Part shown: positions 53,340 through 60,019 of the stretch, piece after piece | Layout: the number at the start of each line of letters is the position of its first letter | Position numbering within the stretch: position 1 is the first letter of the stretch | Source: Candidatus Aminicenantia bacterium | GTDB taxonomy: Bacteria; Acidobacteriota; Aminicenantia; UBA2199 | DNA length: 60,019 nucleotides | Assembly (NCBI GenBank): GCA_041738575.1 | Contig: JBGSPO010000181.1 | Location: forward strand, 1-60,019 | Direction: 5' to 3' | Notes under the pieces: model-generated | What the model saw: the letters and a program-made list of their open reading frames with translations, nothing else | The model's database searches: none | What the model was told of the DNA's origin: nothing | Translations under genes and position numbers: made by a program

Positions 53340-54839
53340 ATGGAAAACCTAAACGAATTTGTGGTCGTGCTTTATTTTGTGGTGCTTTCGATCCTGGCCG
53401 TGTTCGGCGCGCACAGGTATTTCATGGTCTATCTGTATTATAAGAATAAAAAGGCCGCGCCCAAGCCCGAGCGCTTCTTCGAGAAACTGCCGCGGGTGAC
53501 GATCCAGTTGCCCATGTACAATGAAATGTATGTGGCCAAGCGTCTGATCGACGCGGTGGTGAAAATGGATTATCCCCGGGAGCTCCTGGAGATCCAGGTC
53601 CTGGACGACTCCACCGACGAGACCGTGTCCATCGCCTCGCGCTGTGTCGAGCAATACAGGGCGCAGGGACTGGACATCTCCTACCTGCATCGCCAGAACC
53701 GCAAGGGCTACAAGGCCGGCGCCCTGGAAGAAGGCATGAACGTGGCCAAAGGCGAGTTCATCGCCGTCTTCGACGCCGACTTCATTCCGCACAAGCACTT
53801 CCTGACCAACACCATCCATTACTTCACCTCCCCCAACATCGGCATGGTGCAGATGCGCTGGAGCCACTTGAACCGCAACTTCTCGCTGATCACCAACCTG
53901 CAATCGATCTTCCTCGACGGCCATTTCGTCATCGAGCATACGGCCCGCAACCGCTCCGGCCGCTTTTTCAATTTCAACGGCACGGCCGGCATCTGGCGCA
54001 AGGCCGCCATCATCGACGGCGGCGGCTGGCAGCACGACACCCTGACCGAAGACCTGGACCTGAGCTACCGCTCCCAGATGAAGGGCTGGCAATTCATCTA
54101 TCTCCCCGATTTTTCCGTCCCGGCCGAGCTGCCCGCGGACATCGTGGCTTTTAAAGCGCAGCAGCACCGCTGGGCCAAGGGTTCCATCCAGACGGCCAAG
54201 AAGCTCCTGCCCACGATTTTCCGGGCCCGCCTGCCGCTGCGCGTCAAGGTCGAGGCTTTCTTCCACCTGGCGGCCAACTTCGCCTACCTGTTGATGGTGC
54301 CGCTGTCGGTCTCCATCCTGCCGGTGGTCCTGATGCGCCGGGACATGAACTGGGGCCAGATGTTCGTTTACGACGTTCCCCTCTTTCTCATGGCCACGGC
54401 TTCGGTGGGGGCTTTCTACATCGTTTCGCAGAAAGAACTCTATTCCAACTGGACCGTCACCTTCCGCTACCTTCCCCTGCTCATGGGCCTGGGCATCGGG
54501 CTGTCGATCAACAATTCGTTCGCCGTCGTGGAAGCCCTGATGAACAAGGAGTCGGAGTTCGTGCGCACTCCCAAGTTCGGCATTGAAAACAGGAACGACA
54601 ACTGGGCGTCCAAAAAATACAAGGGCAACAAGAACCTCCTGATCACCATGGCCGAGCTGGCCCTGGGCTTTTATTTCACCTTCGCCGTGATCACCTGCAT
54701 CTCCGAGGGCATCTGGCTGACCCTGCCCTTCCTGCTGATGTTCCAATACGGGTACCTGTACATCTCCTTCCTCTCGTTCTCGACCCTTTTCAAGAACAGG
54801 CTGCCGGTCAAGAAAGCCAGCGTCAGCATCGCCGGCTGA
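53340..54839 (+). CDS. membrane-integrated family 2 glycosyltransferase with a processive D,D,D,QxxRW signature
   Basis: 499 aa. Motifs VLDDSTDET, FDADF, TEDLDLS and QQHRWAKG, flanked by N- and C-terminal TM helices. Confidence 0.85.
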   Translation: MENLNEFVVVLYFVVLSILAVFGAHRYFMVYLYYKNKKAAPKPERFFEKLPRVTIQLPMYNEMYVAKRLIDAVVKMDYPRELLEIQVLDDSTDETVSIASRCVEQYRAQGLDISYLHRQNRKGYKAGALEEGMNVAKGEFIAVFDADFIPHKHFLTNTIHYFTSPNIGMVQMRWSHLNRNFSLITNLQSIFLDGHFVIEHTARNRSGRFFNFNGTAGIWRKAAIIDGGGWQHDTLTEDLDLSYRSQMKGWQFIYLPDFSVPAELPADIVAFKAQQHRWAKGSIQTAKKLLPTIFRARLPLRVKVEAFFHLAANFAYLLMVPLSVSILPVVLMRRDMNWGQMFVYDVPLFLMATASVGAFYIVSQKELYSNWTVTFRYLPLLMGLGIGLSINNSFAVVEALMNKESEFVRTPKFGIENRNDNWASKKYKGNKNLLITMAELALGFYFTFAVITCISEGIWLTLPFLLMFQYGYLYISFLSFSTLFKNRLPVKKASVSIAG

Positions 54840-54900
54840 TCCCGCCTGAACATGCCCGTGCCCAAGCCGTTGCCGGTTACGCACCGGCTGTTTTAAGGCC

Positions 54901-55944
54901 ATGAGATTCAACGCTTATTTCGTGCGGCTTGCCCATTCCCAGGAGAGTTTCCAGGGAAGCATCCAGGTCGGCGGAGAGAGCGCGGCGGTAAGCTTCAGGA
55001 AAATCAGCGGCGATCTCTTCACGGTCCATTTCAAGAGCCAGGTCGAGCTTACGTTCGGGCAGAAGATCGACTTCAAGAACGCCCGCGGGACGTTCACGGT
55101 GCTGTTGCCCGTCCTTTCCCAGTATAACCAGAGAAAACTGAAGCGGCTGGGCGAGATCCTCGCCGGCATCGAGGCAAAGGATTTCCGCAAGGTCGTGCCG
55201 TCTCTGCTGTCCGTCGAGAATTTTTTGGAGATGGAATGCCTGCTGTATTTCTTCTCGCTGGAGCGGCGGCAGGCCGTCGATATGCTGACCGAGCTGGAGT
55301 TGGCCCGGCAGGCGAAAGTGATCAATCTCAACTACCTGTACGTCACTTCATGGGAGCATTACCTGCAGAGCCTTGCGGCCATGGAGAAGGTCCTACGCGG
55401 AGCCTATGAAAGCCGCGAGCGGACCGTCAAGTTCGCCCAGCTGGAAAAAGCTGTCAAGGTTCCCCAGGAATCGGTCTTTTTCAAGTACCTGCTCAAAAAA
55501 AGCAGCCAGGAATTCCCTTGCCGCATCATGCCCCAGGCGCTGATCTTCTCGCAGCTGCCCTTGAGTGAAGATGAAAAAACGCGCATCGCCGAGATCGAGA
55601 AGGTGCTGCGGGCGAACAAACTGCCGATCTTCACCTTCGAGAACGTGCAGAAGAACACCGCCTATTCCCTCAAGCAGATCAATGACGCGCTGTGGTACAT
55701 GGTGAACGAGGAGAAATTCCTGCAGCTGGACGAACGCTACTTCATATTCAGCGAGGAATACGGCAAGCTCATCAACCGCCTGAAAAAATTCAAGCGCAAC
55801 CAGGGCGACATCATGACCTTTGATGACCTGCGCGCCCTGACCGCCTATAGCCGGAAATACCTGATCGTCCTGTTCGAATACTGGGACCGGCAGAACGTAA
55901 CCTGCCGGGTAGGCAATCAGAGAAAGATCCTGCTCAGCGCCTGA
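54901..55944 (+). CDS. SelB C-terminal-like protein (beta-barrel plus winged-helix repeats) lacking a GTPase domain
   Basis: 347 aa. The C-terminal SRKYLIVLFEYWDRQNVTCRVGNQRKIL closely resembles the last winged helix of elongation factor SelB. The N-terminal about 75 aa resemble the SelB domain III barrel (FGQKIDFKNARGTFTVLLPV). No G1-G4 GTPase motifs are present. Confidence 0.6.
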   Translation: MRFNAYFVRLAHSQESFQGSIQVGGESAAVSFRKISGDLFTVHFKSQVELTFGQKIDFKNARGTFTVLLPVLSQYNQRKLKRLGEILAGIEAKDFRKVVPSLLSVENFLEMECLLYFFSLERRQAVDMLTELELARQAKVINLNYLYVTSWEHYLQSLAAMEKVLRGAYESRERTVKFAQLEKAVKVPQESVFFKYLLKKSSQEFPCRIMPQALIFSQLPLSEDEKTRIAEIEKVLRANKLPIFTFENVQKNTAYSLKQINDALWYMVNEEKFLQLDERYFIFSEEYGKLINRLKKFKRNQGDIMTFDDLRALTAYSRKYLIVLFEYWDRQNVTCRVGNQRKILLSA

Positions 55945-56022
55945 TCAGGGCCTTATAATAAATTTTCTGCGCTTTTTGCAAAGAAAATTCATTAGCAAAA
56001 ACTCTTATCCAGCTCAGCCGGG

Positions 56023-57030
56023 TCAGGGCAGCGTGATGCCCAGGCGGACCTTGGCGGCCGCGAGGATCTCATTGTATATCTTTTCCTGCTCGGGCTGGGG
56101 CTGGCCCTTGGTCTTCTCAAAGAAAACAAGATGGTCGAGAAATTTCAGGGCCTTGGGGGACCAGTTTTCATCGTTGAGCAGGTGGGATTCGGCCAGGTAT
56201 TCGAGGGCAGAGTCCATTTCCTGGCTCTGGTTCAGCAGGATACCCAGGTTGTATGCCACCTGGGCGTTTTTCTTCAGCATATAGGAAGCTTTGAAGTTTT
56301 CGATGGCCTTGGGCATGTTCTTGACCTGGTTGTACATCGTGCCCAGCAAGTTGTGGTATTCGGCGCTGGGCTTGTCCTGGTTGATGACCTCGATGCCGCG
56401 GATCGCATCCTCGATCTTCTCGCTCTTGCGCAGGTGCTCGCTCAATTTCACGACAAAAAACGATGATTTTTCGGATTTGTCCAATTTGTACGCTTCGATG
56501 GACTTGTTCAGGGCGTTGAGGGCGACCTGGGGGTCCTGGGCCTTGGCGGCCAGAAGCTGTACCTGGATGCGCAGCGCCGGCGCGGTGAAGTTGATATCGA
56601 TGGCGGAGTTGCTCTGGGATTCGCTGCGCAGTGAGCTGGCCAGCATGATGATCTGCTCGGCGTAGTCGTAGGCCTTGTCCAGGTCCTTCTTGGTCAGGTT
56701 GTAGGAATTGGCCATGTACAGGTAGAGGGGCAGCTTGTTGCTGGCGTCGATCTCCTTGTAGGTCAAGGCCTTCTCTCCATACTGGATGGTCTTGTCATAC
56801 TGCTGCAGCATGTAGGTGGTCTGGGCCAGGTGGATGTACATGTACATGGAATAACGGTCTTCCTTGGCGCCGTATTTATTGTAATAGGCTTCGAGTTTCT
56901 GCATTTTCACCTGCAGGTCCTTTTCGCCGACCAGGGCGGTCCAGGAGTCGACCTGTTCCTTGTCCAGGGCAAAGACCATGGCCATGGAGAACACTATGAG
57001 CAGGATGGACAAAATGGCTGTTTTTTTCAT
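56023..57030 (-). CDS. secreted TPR-repeat protein
   Basis: Signal peptide MKKTAILSILLIVFSMAMVFA, followed by repeated about 34-aa A/Y/L-patterned helices. Lower GC than its surroundings. Confidence 0.65.
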   Translation of the reverse strand: MKKTAILSILLIVFSMAMVFALDKEQVDSWTALVGEKDLQVKMQKLEAYYNKYGAKEDRYSMYMYIHLAQTTYMLQQYDKTIQYGEKALTYKEIDASNKLPLYLYMANSYNLTKKDLDKAYDYAEQIIMLASSLRSESQSNSAIDINFTAPALRIQVQLLAAKAQDPQVALNALNKSIEAYKLDKSEKSSFFVVKLSEHLRKSEKIEDAIRGIEVINQDKPSAEYHNLLGTMYNQVKNMPKAIENFKASYMLKKNAQVAYNLGILLNQSQEMDSALEYLAESHLLNDENWSPKALKFLDHLVFFEKTKGQPQPEQEKIYNEILAAAKVRLGITLP

Positions 57031-57167
57031 CGTTGCTTCCTCCGCAGGGCTTGCGATTTAGTTTTCATTATAATTAAAAACTTCCCCCATTGTCAATAGA
57101 CGGCAAGATTGACTTAAATCGCCCCGGATTTGACTATAATCGTGTTCCCCGGTACAATTAATTCGTA

Positions 57168-58475
57168 ATGAAGGCACGGCTCGTTTTTTGCTTCCTGGTC
57201 GCCCAGGTCGTTTCCCTCTCCGCGCAGACGCTCACCATCACCTCTTTCGAGCTGCCCAACGGGCTGAAGGTGATCCTGGCCCCCAGCAGCGGCACGCAGG
57301 CCGCCACCGTTTGCGTCTATCACATGCGCGGTGCCCGCCAGGAGCCGGCCGACGGCCGCGGCATTTCGTACCTGTACCAATACCTGATGTTCGATGGCAA
57401 CCGCAACCTTGAGCCGTTCGATCATGTCCTGTTCATCAATAAAATGGGGGGGGTGGTCAGCGGCCGGGTGAGTTACGACAATGCCGTTTTTTACGACATG
57501 CTCCCCGCCCAGGGGATCAACGTGGCCCTCTGGCTGGAGAGCGAGCGCTTGAAAAGCCTGCGCCTGGACGATGCGACGATCGACGCCCATAAGAACCAGA
57601 TTTACACGCGCTTCAGCCGCATGCTGGAGACGAGCCAATCCTTCAAGGCCCAGACCTGGGTCAGCACCAAGGTTTTCGAAGGCTCGGCCTATGAACTCCC
57701 CCTCTATGGCGACCTGGGCAAGCTGCGCTCCCTGAGCAATGATCGTGTCCGGGAAAACTACCCGTATTTCCAGAATCTGGGCAACATTCTCCTGATCATT
57801 GCCGGCAGGTTCGACATCAATGAACTGCGGGCGGGGATCAACAAGTTCTTTCAGGACATCCCGCCGGGCCGCCGCACGGCGAACCCGGTTTTCAGCGCCC
57901 AGAACCAGCGCCAGGCGCACCTGTACAAGAACTGGGTGGTCCCGGGCCTTAAAAAGCACTTTGTCGTCTATGGCATCAAGGCTCCGGCCAAGATCGGCTA
58001 TAATTTCATGTATTTTGATTTTCTGCGCTATTACCTGACCGATCCGCGCAGCGGCCGCCTGGAGCATGTCCTGAACACCGTGAACAATCTGGATGTCGAG
58101 ATCGAGAGCGGCTTCACCGATTACATGGAGGCCAACTGCCTCACCATCCAGATCTCCTGCTCCAAGCGCATCAACCTCGAGAAGGCCAAGTACGTCGTGG
58201 AAAAAGAGTTCCAGGCCCTAAGCAGCCTCCCGATCGGCAACAACGACTTGCGGGAAGTCCGCTCCCTGATGGAGATCGATTTCCTGAAAAGCATGGTGGC
58301 GCTGGAGGATCGCTGCGTGCGCATCGGGGAATTCTACCACATGTTCAGCGAGCTGAATTTTTTCGACGTCCAGCTGCGGCGCCTGCGCCGGATCACAAAC
58401 TATGATATCCTGGAGAGCGCAAAGAAATACCTGCTGAAGGAAAACCAGGTTATCCTCAATGTCTATGGCGAATAG
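57168..58475 (+). CDS. M16 (pitrilysin/insulinase) family protein with a degenerate zinc site
   Basis: Signal peptide, then ELPNGLKVIL...GARQEPADGRGISYLYQYLMFDGNRN. YLYQY occupies the position where active M16 enzymes have HxxEH. Confidence 0.75.
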   Translation: MKARLVFCFLVAQVVSLSAQTLTITSFELPNGLKVILAPSSGTQAATVCVYHMRGARQEPADGRGISYLYQYLMFDGNRNLEPFDHVLFINKMGGVVSGRVSYDNAVFYDMLPAQGINVALWLESERLKSLRLDDATIDAHKNQIYTRFSRMLETSQSFKAQTWVSTKVFEGSAYELPLYGDLGKLRSLSNDRVRENYPYFQNLGNILLIIAGRFDINELRAGINKFFQDIPPGRRTANPVFSAQNQRQAHLYKNWVVPGLKKHFVVYGIKAPAKIGYNFMYFDFLRYYLTDPRSGRLEHVLNTVNNLDVEIESGFTDYMEANCLTIQISCSKRINLEKAKYVVEKEFQALSSLPIGNNDLREVRSLMEIDFLKSMVALEDRCVRIGEFYHMFSELNFFDVQLRRLRRITNYDILESAKKYLLKENQVILNVYGE

Positions 58476-59874
58476 AAAATCCCCGCTGCGCGCCGCCGGC
58501 CGCCTCATCGGCGGCATGCTCCTCCTCCTGGCGACCGGAAGCGGATTGGCCGCGGAGACCCGGCTCTTTTCCTTCACGACCTCCAAGGGGCTGACCGTCA
58601 AGGTCCTGCAGGACAACGACCTGCCTTTCGTTCACGCCCAGCTGCTGATCTACCTGAACGGCAGCGTGCAGAATTATTCTTCCCTGGTCATCGCGCAGCT
58701 GGCGGTCATGAACATGTTCGAGCGGACGCTGAACTCGCCGCCCTCCAACCTGATGGCCATGCTGCAGCGGCAAGGCAACGATTTCCTGGTCGAGCAGAAC
58801 CCCGAGTACGTTAAGATCAGCGTGAATTTTCTGCCCGACCGCCTAGCGTCCTTCTCCAAGCTGCTCAAGGAGATCTTCACCTACCAGTCGTTCCACCTCA
58901 ACAAGTTCAATCGCAGCAAGGAGAAGTTCTGGCCGCTTTTCATGAAGGACAGGGATTGGAAAAAAGAGATTGCCCTGCTGCTGGCCTACCAGCAGCTGGT
59001 GGGAAATTTCTATTTCTCCCAGGGCTTCCTGCTTCAGGATATCCTCAACGGCATCAATATGGCCCAGCTGCGGTCTTTCCTTTTGAAAACGTTCCGCCCC
59101 GACAACGCATTGCTGATCCTGAAGGGCAAGATCAATCCCTACTTCATCCTGGGCATGATCGAAAAGGACCTGCCGCAGCCCACCGCGCGGCAGGCGAAAA
59201 CCAGGAAGGAAGAGCCGCCGCTGAACAACGGCCGCAAGCTTTTCATCCTGAACGTCAACTCGGCCGACCTGCCCATGGTGTACTGGTTCGATACGGCCCC
59301 GCCGGCCGCCGATCCCGCCTTCCTGCCCTACGCCATCGGCAACCACGCCCTTTTCGGCTTTCCCGGCGGGCGCATCTACCAATCGGAAAGGAACCAGTTC
59401 CTTATGGGGAGCTACAAGGTCAATACCGAGTCGGTTTTCCTGAAGGATTTCACCCTGTTCTGCAATTTCCTGCGCTTGAATTACAACGACCTGGAAAATT
59501 TCCTGCTGTTGGTCGAGCAGGAGAGAAAGCGCTTTGCCGGCCGCCCCATTGAAAGAAAGGAATATCTGGATGCCGTGAATTTCCATATCGGCAGGGCCCA
59601 GGTGGAGACCAGCCGTTTTAACCATGACCTGCAGGCGGAGATCGACCGTTTTCCGGTCCGGGGGATGCCGCCGCCGCCGTCGTCGAGACCCGGTCCCGAT
59701 CTTTTTCAGGAAGTAAGCTTTGGCCGGGTGCAGCAGGCCCTGGACGAGCAGATGGGGTCCCGGCACAAAGCCGGACGGGAAAAGGGGATCGTGGTCTTGA
59801 TCGGCAACGCCGACCTGATCATCAACAGCCTGAAATTATTGAAAACGGAAGCCTTGGAATTGTCGATGGATTGA
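58459..59874 (+). CDS. M16 family protein, non-catalytic type
   Basis: Signal peptide, then TTSKGLTVKVLQDNDLPFVHAQLLIY...IAQLAVMNMFERT. No HxxEH. The start overlaps the upstream gene by 17 nt. Confidence 0.7.
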   Translation: MSMANRKSPLRAAGRLIGGMLLLLATGSGLAAETRLFSFTTSKGLTVKVLQDNDLPFVHAQLLIYLNGSVQNYSSLVIAQLAVMNMFERTLNSPPSNLMAMLQRQGNDFLVEQNPEYVKISVNFLPDRLASFSKLLKEIFTYQSFHLNKFNRSKEKFWPLFMKDRDWKKEIALLLAYQQLVGNFYFSQGFLLQDILNGINMAQLRSFLLKTFRPDNALLILKGKINPYFILGMIEKDLPQPTARQAKTRKEEPPLNNGRKLFILNVNSADLPMVYWFDTAPPAADPAFLPYAIGNHALFGFPGGRIYQSERNQFLMGSYKVNTESVFLKDFTLFCNFLRLNYNDLENFLLLVEQERKRFAGRPIERKEYLDAVNFHIGRAQVETSRFNHDLQAEIDRFPVRGMPPPPSSRPGPDLFQEVSFGRVQQALDEQMGSRHKAGREKGIVVLIGNADLIINSLKLLKTEALELSMD

Positions 59875-59878
59875 AATG

Positions 59879-59950
59879 AGGCGGCGACCGGATTTGAACC
59901 GATGAATAGCGCTTTTGCAGAGCGCTGCCTTACCACTTGGCTACGCCGCC
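59879..59950 (-). tRNA. tRNA-Cys (anticodon GCA)
   Basis: The reverse complement folds with acceptor stem GGCGGCG/CGCCGCC and discriminator U73, anticodon arm GCGCT-CTGCAAA-AGCGC, and T arm ATCGG-TTCAAAT-CCGGT. CCA is not encoded. Confidence 0.88.
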
Positions 59951-59952
59951 AA

Positions 59953-60019
59953 TGGAGCGGGAAACGGGATTTGAACCCGCGACATCCACCTTGGCAAGGT
60001 GGCGCTCTACCGCTGAGCT
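59953..60019 (-). tRNA. tRNA-Gly (anticodon GCC), 5' end cut by the window edge
   Basis: The reverse complement AGCTCAGCGGTAGAGCGCCACCTTGCCAAGGTGGATGTCGCGGGTTCAAATCCCGTTTCCCGCTCCA is close to canonical bacterial tRNA-Gly(GCC). The 3' CCA is encoded. Confidence 0.85.

Noticed and set aside
53349-54911. A 520-aa minus-strand ORF opposite the GT2 gene.
   Set aside because: It is an antisense shadow. The plus strand carries the D,D,D,QxxRW glycosyltransferase signature.

Overview
This is a 60-kb chromosomal segment from a moderately GC-rich bacterium. Its gene content looks anaerobic (NfnAB, a NuoEF-type flavoprotein complex, sigma54 regulation). The taxon cannot be assigned from the sequence alone. 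I call about 48 protein genes, 3 tRNAs (Pro-CGG, Cys-GCA, partial Gly-GCC), one sigma54 promoter, several sigma70-like promoters and one strong terminator. I recognised no CRISPR array, transposase, integrase, reverse transcriptase or phage gene. Housekeeping genes (gdhA, clpB, truA, rpmB, pgpA, rimO, purH, sugar-nucleotide and glycosyltransferase genes) are interleaved with four unusual modules. (1) Bases 48-5889 hold two paralogous PPDK-type ATP-grasp proteins without a phosphohistidine domain, around a metallophosphoesterase; one also has a sensor module and a C-terminal nucleotidyltransferase. (2) Bases 16550-27203 are a 10.6-kb sigma54-driven operon. It encodes a REC plus tandem RAM regulator, NuoE-like and NuoF-like proteins, a 1250-aa fusion (ferredoxin, GltD-like, formate-dehydrogenase-like), a histidine kinase and a sigma54 activator. 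It is divergent from classical nfnAB. (3) Bases 33433-38580 hold LeuB-like, HMG-CoA-lyase-like, family III CoA-transferase, LeuC-like and LeuD-like genes, which may form a CoA-dependent citramalate-type route. (4) Bases 38583-50332 are the most unusual part. A 1911-aa thioester (CLEQ) alpha-2-macroglobulin gene is followed by three truncated direct copies of its own 3' end. These copies divide the downstream DNA into three cassettes that encode different exported proteins. All coordinates, alignments and identity values were derived by hand from the sequence and need computational confirmation.
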